Assembly (NCBI GenBank): GCA_013239625.1
Contig: MU054049.1
Coordinates: forward strand, 11,015 to 75,014
Direction: 5' to 3'
Length of the DNA stretch: 64,000 bases
Source: Lama guanicoe
Lineage: Eukaryota
Position numbers and translations under genes: made by a program. Numbering within the stretch: the first letter of the stretch is position 1; every line of letters starts with the position of its first letter. Positions 26,768 to 38,391 of the stretch are shown here, piece after piece. The notes under the pieces are model-generated. The model searched no databases. It had not been told where the DNA came from and saw only the letters and a list, made by a program, of their open reading frames with translations.

Positions 26768-26839
26768 TTTTTGAACTTCCCGACCAAATCCTCCATGAGG
26801 TTGTAAATGGCTATCCAGAAGTTGTCCACACTGCCTGAC
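26768..26839 (-). CDS. Copy B exon 2 (72 nt, vWA, MIDAS SxS)
   Basis: SGSVDNFWIAIYNLMEDLVGKFK; TTTTCAG acceptor, GTACGG donor. Confidence 0.9.
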
Positions 26840-28870
26840 CTGAAAATGAAAAGACCTGAGTTAGAGGGGTGAGGTGCATCCATTGTGTGGGCAGAATTTC
26901 TGCCTCCCCAGCTTTCCCCGTTCTCCACCCTCTCCACCCCACATAGCTGCGAGCTGCCGCACTCCCTTAGCAACCGCATGTGGGAAGGGTGACCAACCGG
27001 ATGCGTGTGCTTCGGACTCACGAACATTGAGAGATGAAGGACTTCTGGTGGCAAGCCAGGATGGTTGGTCAGACTCAGAGGAGCTGCCACATAGGAAACG
27101 ATGTAGGACGCATTGGTTGGAAAAGCCTCCAGTGATTCTGATATGACTCCTCTGGTCCCTCAGTTCCCCTTGGGAACAAGCCATTCCCAGCTGTCTGCTT
27201 CACTCCTGCCCTTTTAAAGTATGTGTGTGTGTGTGTGTGTGGGTGTGGGTGTGTGGTGGTGGTGTCAGGGCTCTTTGGCACTACGTTCCAACAAAAGTCT
27301 CTTAGTTGGTCCTGCCTACCATTCCTTCTGCCTCCTCTAGGCTGCATCTAATGTTTTCAACAGACAGTGATGAAACTAAGGGTAGATTCTTCTAACATTA
27401 TCAAGATTATCATTCACTGAGGCATATGTACCAGGCACTTTACAAACATGATTTCCAATTCCAGAATAACCCCAGGATGCCAGCATTGTTCCCATTTTAC
27501 CGATAAGCAAGCTGAGGCTTTTACAAGTGATGGAACTTATGATACTTCCATAGCTAGCATGTATTTGAACCCAGATCTAACCTCAAAACCCATACTCTAC
27601 ACATTGCACTAGGCAGATATGTGTGACATGGCTGTCTGTGTTCAACAACTGCTGGGTAGCAAACACTGGACTCTGACAACGGACCTACAATATAAACTTT
27701 CTATCAGAAGCTTCCATGCTAAAGTGCAAGACAATTCTTTTCTTTACTAATGGTAACACTTTAAACTTTCCTTCTCATTACTACTCTCCTCTGCTTTCCC
27801 TCTAAGTGAAAGGATCTTCCAAAGAAGATTTACAGGAAACAAGAGTCCTCAACCAACTCACTTACTCTGGGAAAGTTTCCATTTTGTGAATATTTTGAAG
27901 GAAGTTCAAGATTCTGGAACACGGAGGAACATGAGTGCTCATGGGTCACGGGAAAACCACTACAGGTCCCTAGGAAGGAGGCAGTATGGAACAAGGGCGA
28001 CCATGTGGGAAATGCCGTGGTGTAGAAGTCGAGGCTTCTTTTAGAAAAAAAAAAGGGGGGGGGCAAATTTGGAGGAGATATGCAGTAGCCAGGAGAGGGC
28101 CTGAAGGGGAAGCGTGCGGTGCTCGTGGCCACGTGGGCAGGAGCTGGAAGAAGGGGGAAGACGGCCTACATTTGGGGCTCAGGGAGGGAGAAGGCAGGGA
28201 AGAGGACCCATCCCTTTGCAGGAGACAGGGTCCTGATACTGGGGGCGAGTGAGAAAGGTGAGGACCAAGAGCAGACAAGAAAGTGGGCCTAGGGGGAGGA
28301 AGGTGGGGGCCCGGCCCTGCGAACAGGGACAAGCCCCAGGCAGGCGGCTTCCTCCCTCTCCGGAAGGGCTCCTGTGGCTTCTCTGTGCCCCACACTGACT
28401 GTCAGGGGAGACGCGGGGCTGGCCCTCCAGCTGCTGTTGAAGCTCCCAGGAGGCAGCAGTGGGTAGGACCATGGACAGAGGCAGGATGAGGGCAGGGGAG
28501 GGCATGACGGGCCCTTGGTGGGTGCACGGGAGGGCAGTGTGGAGGTTTGGGGGGACAAAGCAGGGCAGAGATGATGGGTTTTTCTTCATCACATGGGCCA
28601 CCCGGGGCCTTCTCCATCCCTGCCATCTCTCGCACCCGCTGGGCTGGGATCACAGTTCACCAGGATGGGCTCAGCACCCCCCAGGGAAGGAAGTGTCATC
28701 AGGCCCCCTCCTCCTTGAGGATCTGGTCACCCATCTCAGAGGCCACAAGGACAATGTAGTGAGCACTCTCCCTCCCTCACTGAACAGACTTCTGCAAGGA
28801 CAGCAGGAGCCTGGGGCACTTCCAGGTAGCTTAATGGTGGTGAGATCTTGGTTCAGAAATATTTGTTCCT

Positions 28871-29572
28871 TCCATCAACAGATGACTGGATGAAGAAGAT
28901 GTGGTATATTTATATAATGGAATACTACTCAGCCATAAAAACTGACAACATAACGCCATTTGCAGCAACGTGGACAGACCTGAAGATCTATCATTCTGAG
29001 TGAAGACAGCCAGAAAGAGAAAGAAAAATACCATATGAGATCGCTCATATGTGGAATCTAAAAAACAAAAAAACAAACAAACAAAGCATAAATACAAAAC
29101 AGAAATAGACTCACAGACATAGAATACAAACTTGTGGTTGCCAAGGGGATGGGGGGTGGGAAGAGATAGACTGGGATTTCAAAATTGTAGAGCAGATAAA
29201 CAAGATTATACCGTATAGCACAGGGAAATATATACAAGATCTTATGGTAGCTCACGGAGAAAAAAAAGTGACAATGAATATATGTATGTTCTTGTATAAC
29301 TGAAAAAGTGTGCTCTACACTGGAATTTGACACAACATTGTAAAATGAGGGGGGAGGGTGTAGCTCAGTGGTAGAGAGCATGCCTAGCAAGCTCAAGGTC
29401 CTGGGTTCAATCCCCAGTACCTCCATTAAGTACGTAAGTAAATAAGAACCTAATTACCGCCCCCCCCAAATGATAATAATAATAAATAAAATAAAACTAA
29501 AAAAAATTGTAAAAAGATCATAAATCAATAAAAAATGTTAAAAAAAGACCAAAGCTCCAATTAAAAAAAAAA
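28871..29572 (+). mobile_element. 5'-truncated L1 (ORF2 end, 3'UTR, poly-A)
   Basis: Perfect 16-bp TSD AGAAATATTTGTTCCT at 28855-28870 and 29573-29588. Confidence 0.92.
29348..29505 (+). mobile_element. tRNA-Ala-derived SINE (Vic-1-like) nested in the L1
   Basis: GTGTAGCTCAGTGGTAGAG...GGTTCAATCCCCAGTACCTCCA head, A-rich tail, ATTGTAAAA on both flanks. Confidence 0.9.
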
Positions 29573-29857
29573 AGAAATATTTGTTCCTGACCTACGTGAG
29601 ATTGTAATTTAGTTTGTTTTCACTCATCCAGTCATTGATTGGCCAGTGAAACCCAAGCTACTGCGGCCAGCATCCAGAATCCTCCCAAGGGGAAGACTGT
29701 GGTGCTGGGACCCAAGTGACCAAAGTCCAGGCCCATAAAGCTCATCTCCACCCAGCCAGGACTTTGGTCCAGGCCTCTGCTGCAGGAAGTGGCTCCCCTC
29801 TCCTCCCAGCCCCCAGCCTGGTGGGGTGGTCCCTCCCTCTCTAAGGGCCCTTCTCAC

Positions 29858-29936
29858 CTCCATCGTTGTCCTGTCTTCCTGATCCTCACTATGGGAAACG
29901 ATTGCCTCGGTATGTGGTTGTATGGCACATGGTTTC
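29858..29936 (-). pseudogene. Copy A putative cytoplasmic exon
   Basis: KPCAIQPHTEAIVSHSEDQEDRTTME|GTGAGA; polypyrimidine tract ends in TG instead of AG. Confidence 0.4.
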
Positions 29937-31068
29937 CAGAAAGAAAAAAATAATTGTCTGCTTCCTTGTCTGGTAGCTCCTGGCTGCAGACACATGACAT
30001 CTGTAACCCCAGCACCTGTCAAGTTCTAGTCACTCAGGGAATGTTTGCTGGAGAATCAAGGACAGATGAGCAGCACCAAGCACAGTAAGAGAGAGTCCTC
30101 TGTGTGAGACACACGCTTCTGCTTCACAGAGATGGGCCTTCTCCAAAGGCCAGCAAACTCTGTCCTGTCCCCTTGGTTCCTGGAGCCGCCCTTGTTGGAG
30201 AAGCTGGGCCTGGGGCTGTGTCACGTGATGGAGGCTGTGGGAGGTGGGTCATGAGCAGGAATGGGGTGTACTCACTCGACTCTGGCAGATCCAGCATCCC
30301 CAGGTCACACTGCAACCAGCATAGATGCCAGCCTGGGCAGTGACCCTGTTTCCCACCAGATTGCAGGCCCAGGTCCCCTTTCTTGGGACACAGTGCCCCT
30401 GCTCCAACTGCATCTTATGGGCCCTGTTTGGGCACCCGCCCTGGTCAGTCACAGCTGCTCCCCTGCCCCTTGGTCCCTGGGCTCGCCTGGGCTGCACCCC
30501 CTTCACAGCTCAATGCCCTTCTCCCTCCCCTCTCCTCAGCCCCATGTCCTTAAAGGTCACCCCCAGCTAAGACCCTCATGCTGACAACAGACGGAGATGG
30601 AGACCAAGGGAATGGAGCCCAACGGACTCAGAGCCTGGAGAAGGGGGACCAGGTCCCTGAAACCTGAGGGTCCTTTTCCAAAAAGGATGCTCTGGAGTCC
30701 TGGGGAAGGCTCATCTTACAAACTGTCACTTGGGAATTGACAAAAAGGTCATTTACTTCAGGAGGTCCCATAACAGTTCCCAAAACAGGCTACACCACGT
30801 TGCTGATACAGTTTCAAGCGTCCAGTTCAGGCTGTATTGGGAACATGGGAAGTGCTGTCTGGGTGGTACTGGTGAATCCCATGTCCTCCCAGGGGTCCCT
30901 CTGTGCCTCTCTGTCACCATCCTCCTGCTGCCAGCTCTCCCTGCCCAGGTAGGTGGGAGCTGGGGGGGTGGGGGGGACGTATCCCCATCGGTGGCAGGAG
31001 GCCTCTCTGTGCGGGTCAGCGTGTGCATCAGGCAGGCTGACAACATCAGGACCAAACACATTGCTTAC

Positions 31069-31105
31069 CTTTCCAAATTTCTGGGTTGTCTGGTGGAGCC
31101 TTGAT
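31069..31105 (-). pseudogene. Copy A juxtamembrane exon (37 nt)
   Basis: CCTAG|IKAPP...|GTAAGC; resembles the post-TM xKEPP exon; length not a multiple of 3. Confidence 0.6.
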
Positions 31106-32312
31106 CTAGGATGTTAAAGAGATATTAATACAGGCTGGCAGGGGCCTGTGGGGCTCTGGCTCAGCTTTGCAGACAGGAGGGGACCCTGCTCAGTGGCAGC
31201 ACGGGGACAGAACATGGGCTTTGGGGTGTCAGTCTGGGTGTCCCTTGCCTAAGGGTTTGTAACCAACAGGCTCCACCTCCCCGAGCCTCAGGCTCCTCAG
31301 TTATTAAGGGGAGTCGGCCCCTCCCTGCAGGGCTGAGGGGGAGGCAGGCAGACTAAGGTGCCTGGTCCCTGGTAGAGGCCCCCCTGGGAGTCTCAGCAGC
31401 AGCCCTGACGTCATATGAAGACAAGAGAGCACCCCCACCCCTTCCTCCTCCCCCCTCCCCTCCAGTCCCTGCAGCCCCGGCCTCCCAGCCCTCAGGGGTG
31501 CCAGTCCGCCCCCCTCCCCCGGCGTCTCTCCTCCCACGTCCCCTCTTTGCAGAAACCCGACCTGCTGCTTCTCTGCTGGTTGGCGTGTCTTTTCTCAGCT
31601 CTGCTTCGTCGTCTTCCGCACCCAGCTCTCTGGCCCCCTCCCCGGGCCAGTCTCTGTCCTTGGCTGTTGTCCTGCTTTATCAGGACAACTGCCACACCCC
31701 CTGAAGGGGACATTTACCCTCAATGCCCCCCAGGCTTCCACACCAGGCCAGCCACCAGGGCGTGAGCTCCTGTGGGCGGGAGTGGGGCTGCTTCATTTCT
31801 GTCCCTCTGGGCCCAGGATGGAGCTCTGCACATCCTGGTGACATGGTCATGACTGAGGAAGGAGTGACGGAAGGCACTAGAGACATGGAGGGACTGTGCT
31901 GTTTTCAAAGGCACGGTTCCCCTGTCATTAGCATCCTTCTCCTTTTGGGCCATCAGTGCCCCTGCAGACCCCTCTTCTTCCCCAAACAACAGAAAGCCCT
32001 CCAGCCTTGGTCCACCTGAGTCCTGATTGCTGTGAGTCAGCTCTGCTCTCAGGGACCTGGGGTCCCCTCTCCCCAGGGCCTGGGACAGCCCATAGGCCAC
32101 CTCCCTGTGAAAGCAGGAGGCAGGTGACCACCTGGAAGCCCAGGCTGTGTCTATCCCTGGATGGAAGGCAGAGTCTGTGCCTTGTTTGCTGGGTGAGGAC
32201 CCAAAGCTAAAGGGAACCTGCCCACAGGCAGTGTCATGAGGCAGACACATGTCTGGTCCCTTGAGGGGTTGATGAGGGCTGGACACAGGCTGTGCAGGCA
32301 AGGGTCACTCAC

Positions 32313-32620
32313 CTTCTTGCAGCAGCAGATGCATGAAAGGAGCAACGGGAGCATGAGCCTGGACCTGATGATTATAGGGTAAAAGAGAGGACTGCTGACA
32401 ACATGGCTGTCAGTGCCAACCATGGCCACTGTGGTCTCCTCCTCTGTGACAACCATAGTCACTGCAGTTGTGGTTGTGACATTAGTCACTGTGGTCATCA
32501 TGGTGACAGCCCTCAGCACTGTGGTCCTCACTGTGACAACTGTAGGCACTGTGACCATCATCATGACACCTGTGGGCACTGTGGGCATCGTTGGTCTAGG
32601 ACTGGTCTCTGAGGCTCACG
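32313..32620 (-). pseudogene. Copy A stalk plus transmembrane exon
   Basis: Thr/Val-rich run, then LFYPIIIRSRLMLPLLLSCICCCKK|GTGAGT; acceptor position approximate. Confidence 0.7.
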
Positions 32621-34573
32621 CTGCGGAAGGCACAGGGGTCAGAGTCCAGGGGCTGCTCTTGGTGATTTCTTCCCAGGTGCCCACCTACTGTTTCCCACGG
32701 CCGATTCCCCTATCAGCTCCCTCTCCCTTCCCCTTCATGTAGAGGGACCACAGTGGGGCTGGGAGGTCAGGGCTGGTACCCAGAGAGCCCCTCTGGAGCC
32801 CTGGGCCACAGACCCCATGGCTGCCCCCGCTCAGAGGCTCCCCCATGGCCCTGTCAAGGAGGTCCAGTCCTCCAGGCAGAGGCAACCCAGCCCTCGCTGC
32901 CTGCCTAGTATGACACACAGGAGTTCTGTGAGGGCCACAAAGAGCTACGATACACGGATGGGTGTGGGAGGGGAAGTTGAGGCCCCCTGAGAGGTGGGGG
33001 TGCAAGAACACAGCCAAGACACCCTGATCACATCTCCGGAGCCTCTCTTCTACTTTTCTGCCACCTTGGGCAAAATGACTCCATCTCTATGAGCCTCTGT
33101 CTCCTCAGCTGCAGTGGGGAAATGGCGAGCACCTGAGAGCTACAGAGAGAGATCACAGGCAGTCCCAGCACAGGCCAGGGCCACGTGGGGGCTTAAGGAA
33201 TGGAATCTGTTCTCGTGCTGTTGTTCATAACCATGGCACGTGTGCTGCGTCCAAGGGCCTGTGCGCTGCCCAGCCCTTCCCTAAGTCACGTGCTCTGCTT
33301 GAGAGAAGCAGGGTAGGGAAGGGGGCAGAGAGAGCCTGTGCCCAGGAAGCAGGGCGGCCGAAAGGAGAGGCCCAGTCAGGCTGAGGGGACCCTGTGCTGG
33401 GCTCGGAGCCCCAGGCTGCTCCTGAGGTCTCTCCTAAATGTGCCTGTGGACAGGCGGCTGCAGGGGGTGGGATCCTGGTGGTAAATGTGTACATTCAGTC
33501 TCTGATCTGCTGGGAGATGTGCAGGGACAAGAGAGACAGACACAGGGAGACTGTCACACGGTTGGAACCCTCATCAGCTGGTACTGGACACCAGGGCGGT
33601 GGCCACTCGGCACAGGCGTCCCTCCTCCGGGGGAAACCTCACTCCCGCCTAACGCTCTCTGTGGTCCATGTGGGGCAGCTCCAGGCTAAGGTGCTTGGAT
33701 GATGCAGAGCTTGGAAAAGTGGGTCCCAGGGCAGCAGCCCTGTGTTCCCAACTCCCTTTCCCTAGACTGAGCCCTCGCCCTCCCCACGGCCCTGACAGCT
33801 TCCCCACCGACAGAGGAGAGAGTCTCCCTGCAGAGACCAGAACGAGTCAGGGGAGAGGAACAGCTGAGCAGCACGAGAAAGGAGGAGAGGAACAGGGAGG
33901 CTGATGACATCTGCAAAGTGACAGCCGGTGTCCCCAGATAGGCTCAGGAGGTGGGGGCTGTGATGGTCAGGAGTGGGTTCAGAGCCCTGCCGGCTGCTTC
34001 AGCCACACGGCGGAAACAGTCCCTGACTGTGCTCGGCCACAGCTGGTCCAGTCCTCCCGACCCCTGTGCCTTGGACTGCTGTTTGGAGGGCCCGAGTGTC
34101 CCAGAGGTCCTGGACTCTGTCTCATAGGACACAGTGCTCAGCCTTTCCCACTCACCCTGCTGGAATCCAAAATGGACCTCGGAGCTTCCCAGCACAGGGC
34201 CTGGGTCATGGGGTGGCAAGGTGGGTCCAGAGTGGGCAGAGCCTCAGCACCGTTTCTAGGGTCCGCCAAGAGCTCTAACTGGTCCATTCCACATGCCTTC
34301 AATGACACTTGGTTCACAGAGACAGCAGAGTTTCTGCAAGGCTTGGACAACTGCCTACAATCTAGGTGCTCTTGTGGAAGAACTTTCAGTGAATTTCACA
34401 AACTTGATATGGGGCTTATGGCCCCACGCTGGCTGTGAGATGCTGCCTGAGATGCCTGGCTCATAGGCTACTTTCTTGGTCTTTCCCAAGGAACCTGCTC
34501 CTCTCCCCTTGCCTCCCCAGGGTGTCTCTCCCGCCAGCGCAGGAGGGAGGTGCAGCCCCATGCTGTCTCTCAC

Positions 34574-34652
34574 ACAGTCCTCGGCCACAATTTTCATGTC
34601 TTAACCTATGAAGCTGGCATCTTTGTTCAGGCTGTAATCAATGACGACTTTC
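34574..34652 (-). pseudogene. Copy A exon 12 (79 nt) with in-frame TAA
   Basis: KVVIDYSLNKDASFIG*DMKIVAEDC; stop at 34601-34603. Confidence 0.85.
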
Positions 34653-35227
34653 CTAAAGCACAGAAAGGGCAGAGTGTGACCACCAGATCAAATAGACACA
34701 GTTCTTGCACTTGGCTCAGTCCACAGCACACAGCTCTCCTCATGGTAATGACTTTGAACATCAGGCATTCGGGGCTACCGCAGAGCAGACAGCGAGGGTA
34801 AGGAGAGCTCATCCCAAAGCACTGCGAGGTCGACCTCTGCAACGAAGGCTGCCCAGGCAGTGAGGAGCCCCACATGGATCAGATGTCCTCCTGACCATGA
34901 GCCAAGTGACCAGGGATGGCAGTATGGTGTCACCATCCTGACTCCTCTGTATTTACAGAGTATGTGAGTTTAGCTCCAAAAGGCTGCCTGGAGCAAAGGT
35001 ACCATCCCCGGGGCACATCATCTCCAGCATCCTACCCTCCTCTGCAGAGCCTGGGCCACACTGCATCCCCAAGAACCTCAGAGGACCACCAGCCAGGGCA
35101 GGTGAGGAGGATGCCCTGAGCGCTCCTGGAGACAGACATGTGCTGCTTCAGGAGAGGTGGCGTCCCACATTCTTTACACTTCATGACGGCAAAACCTGCC
35201 CACGTGGCCTCTGGGCTGGGCACTTAC

Positions 35228-35299
35228 TTATCTGGCTTCTCTGTCTTTACTCCTGGGCATATTATGGTGGCAGCTTCCACAGAGATAGGTTTTTTTAAT
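35228..35299 (-). pseudogene. Copy A exon 11 (72 nt, +2 frameshift)
   Basis: Nearly identical to 9814-9883, with two extra bases near the A-run; GTAAGT donor intact. Confidence 0.85.
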
Positions 35300-35462
35300 C
35301 TAAAAGACAGACACACAAGAAGAACGTCAATGGACTTGTCCGTCCATCCGCCCCTCCCCTTCTGCCGGCCCTTGGCGAGCAGAGCTCACACTTTGGCAGA
35401 AGCAGCTTCTCTTCTCTGCCCTGTTCTGACACCTTCCGTGCACCAGGCACTGTGCAGGGCTC

Positions 35463-35573
35463 TTTTTTTTTTAAATTTAAATATAGTGATATACAACATT
35501 ATGTAAGTTACAGGTGTACAATATTGTGATTCACAAATTGTGGAGGTAATACTCCATTTATAGTGATTATAAA
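35463..35573 (-). mobile_element. Short L1 3' fragment specific to copy A
   Basis: Poly-T plus L1 3'UTR-like sequence; absent at paralogous site 10028. Confidence 0.7.
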
Positions 35574-36679
35574 GTCTCTGATATTTAATGGGACAAGGCA
35601 GGCGAAGGTCCTGCTCTCCTGGCCCTGACATTTGAGGGACTGGGGAGAGAGGCAGAGAGCCTAGGACTGTGGGATGGGATCTCCCGTGTGAGACCTTAGT
35701 ACTGGTCCACTTCAGAGAGAAAAAAAAAATAAGGTGATCTCCAGGGTGGGAAACTCAGACCACGGAGGAAGTGTCTGAACACATTTCTTGAATGATAGGT
35801 TGTTTCCAACTTTTTCAAGAACCAAGGCTGGAGGCCCAGACTAGGCAATCGATCACCTGTGTCTACTTCCCAGCTCTTGATGCACAAGCTGAAGCTTACT
35901 GGGAGAGCTGAGGGGGAAGAAGAAGGTCCCACTGTCCCCAGGCACCCTGTGTCGGGGAGGGGTCAGCCCCACCTCAGTGCCGAGGGCACATCTGCTGCCC
36001 CAGCCGCGTGCTTCCTCAAGCCATGCACCCATCGCGGAGGGACACCTGACGCCTGAGTATTTCCAAACAGTAGCTTTACATGTATGAAAGTGCTTAGCGC
36101 ACCTTCCATATTGGCCCCGTTTTATAGTACAGATAGTAGAGGCTGACCCAGAACACTCATTAGGTCAAGGTCACACATGTAACGTGGGCCTGAGCCAGGA
36201 TTCCAGGGTCCAGGCCCGGCAGTTGGCATCCTCTCTCAATCCAAGGTGACCACACCCTCCTGGGAGAGCTACCAGCGCACCTGACACGGACTCAGGGCCC
36301 TGGGGCTGCCTCCACACCCCACCAGCAGACTCGTGCGGTTCATGTCCTTGTCTGTCAAGGGAAGGCAGAGCTGAGAAAGGTTTAGGGGAGTACAGCAATG
36401 AGGGAGGCCCAGGACCCCAAACCCAGCCTTGAAAGGTGTAAGCCATGCTCCAAGATACTCTTAATATGCTGGGAGATTGATTACTTCCTGGCTTTGCATG
36501 TGAAGGAAAAGGTGGCCAGGCTCCCCAACCAGGTCCTTCCTTCCGCTTGTCCACGCTGCCTCTGTCCTCACATTGTCCACAGTGAATAGTCAGCAAGGGG
36601 TTTGAAGTCTTAGCTGGCTGAGGGAACGAGGTGTGGTGTGGGAAGTTTGTCACTTGCAGGCACAAAGGTGGGTACTTAG

Positions 36680-36775
36680 TGTAGACTTTGGTTTTGTCCA
36701 AATTATATCTGCAAGCATATTCTGGAATTTTGCTTTGAATAAGGCCATATGCAAAAAATTCAAGTTGGTAGGGTT
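36680..36775 (-). pseudogene. Copy A exon 10 (96 nt), donor GT>CT
   Basis: PYQLEFFAYGLIQSKIPEYACRYNLDKTKVY; followed by CTAAGT. Confidence 0.8.
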
Positions 36776-37996
36776 CTGCAAGGGCAACAACCAGAGGTTT
36801 GTGTTAGGAGGAGCTGAGCGCTGTCTTCCTTCTGATCTCATAATTATGACAGGACATCCCATAACTGAATTCCACGCGGACTCCTGTGAGGAAGCAGTTG
36901 TGTGTGAACCAACATCTTTCTGCCCCTTGGGCTCACCTGCTGTCACTGACGGTTCACTCAGAGGTGGTGGAGCTGGGCTTTGAGCACTTGGGGGGCCGCT
37001 TACCATCGCCATTACCCATCAAGCTCATTAAAGGCAATCAATCTTGTCCCCTTCACAGGGGCAAACCTGGCCTTGGGTTTCTGACCCAGAAGTCCCAAGG
37101 CTTTCCTAAGGTGTGCAGGCGGTGCTCTCCACCAGCCCCTCCCTTATATAAATGACAAAGGAACCAAGACAAGGTGGGCTGAAGACAGCCTTGACCTTTG
37201 TCTGAGCTGATCATACAGTTCTGGGTGCCAGTGGGACTTTCTGACATTGGGGGGGGGGTCTGTATATTCCTCCTCCCTGTGTTTCTCTGTGCCCATGGAA
37301 GGATGGAGACCCCAGGAGCAGGGCCAGGACCTGGGTGAGGCAAGCAAGGAGGCAAGGAGCTTGCACAGGAGTGTCCCCTACAAAAGGTGAAATCCTGTCT
37401 TAGATGTGGTTCTGAAGTCTCCAGTGACTGCCCTTCCCCTCCCTCTTCCTGATGCTTCATGTGCCTCACAGAACCCCCCAGAGATCCACCAAGCACTTTC
37501 TCCCACCAGATACGCTAAGATGCAGTTCTGGGCCATGTGCCCTTCCCAGGCTGCTGGGGCCCCACTGGCGCTTCCTGGCAACTGGAGCAAATACCAGGGG
37601 ATCCAGAGAGGGCAGCTAGTGGGCCTGGCCCCCGAGGAGCTGGCCAGGATAACATGCAAGTCTTTCTGCTGCAAGCTCAGGGTCTTTAGCCTCCACCCCT
37701 GCCTCCTGGCCCAGGCTGGTTAATTCCAATCCCAAATGCTCGATTTACCCAAAGTCATTTAACTCCAGGAACATTCTTCAGAAATGCCAGCACAGCCTTG
37801 GCCCTGGCAGTCCTGATTCCTCCTGCTTCAGGTCTTCCTGAAGTTCCTATCACATCAAGGCAGAGTTTGCAAATTCTCTGTTTATAGAAAATAAATTCCT
37901 GGCCAGTGGGCTGAAGCTGGCCTGATGACATATTTTGTTAGGACTTCAAAAAAATTGGACCCCATGTTTAAAAGTCTGCACACTTTCTCGACACTG

Positions 37997-38391
37997 AATA
38001 ACCAAAAACTTCTTGAGAGAGAACAGAGCTGGAGGTATGATGCTCCATATATTCAGATTATACGGCAAAGCTACAGTAACCAAAACAGCATGGTACTGAT
38101 GCAGAAACCAACACACACATATAGAAAGACCCCCAGATAAACCCATGAACACATGGTCAATTGAACTATGACAAAAAAGGCAATAATGTACAATGGGGAT
38201 GTGACAATCTCTTCAATAAATGGTGCAGGCAAAACTGGACAGTTCTCTACATGTAAAAGATAAAATCAGAACATTTTCTCACACCACCTACAAAAATACA
38301 CTCTTTATGGATTAAAAAGCTAAATATAAGACTGGAAACCATAAAGCTCCTGGAAGGACAAAGAGGCAGAACACTCTTTGACATAAATCAC
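37997..38391 (+). mobile_element. Internal L1 ORF2 fragment
   Basis: AAAGCTACAGTAACCAAAACAGCATGGTACTG and CTCTTCAATAAATGGTG ORF2 motifs; no poly-A or TSD seen. Confidence 0.85.

Larger units (their letters stand above)
6444..26839 (-). pseudogene. ANTXRL: ANTXRL-like copy B: vWA exons open, Ig-like exons disrupted, signal and TM exons not found
   Basis: Exons of 72, 72, 82, 34, 80, 69, 81, 61, 95, 70 and 77 nt in ANTXR order; SGS and TD MIDAS motifs; Cys/Pro-rich ANTXRL-type last exon. Symbol is a family assignment; orthology not established. Confidence 0.85.

Noticed and set aside
27022..27184. ATG-led segment ending in GTGAGT upstream of copy B exon 2
   Set aside because: Ends in phase 1 while exon 2 needs phase 2; no ANTXR similarity
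27866..28143. Exon-like segment as possible copy B exon 1
   Set aside because: Good splice sites and a faint LPPPxF...SL resemblance, but no ATG-led signal peptide and no FDLYFxLD motif; unsupported
29348..29425. tRNA-Ala-like sequence (also 12030-12106)
   Set aside because: SINE head with SINE tail and TSD, not a tRNA gene
32413..32742. Plus-strand Thr/Val-rich ORF
   Set aside because: ACN/GTN-rich repeats read similarly on both strands; splice context supports only the minus strand
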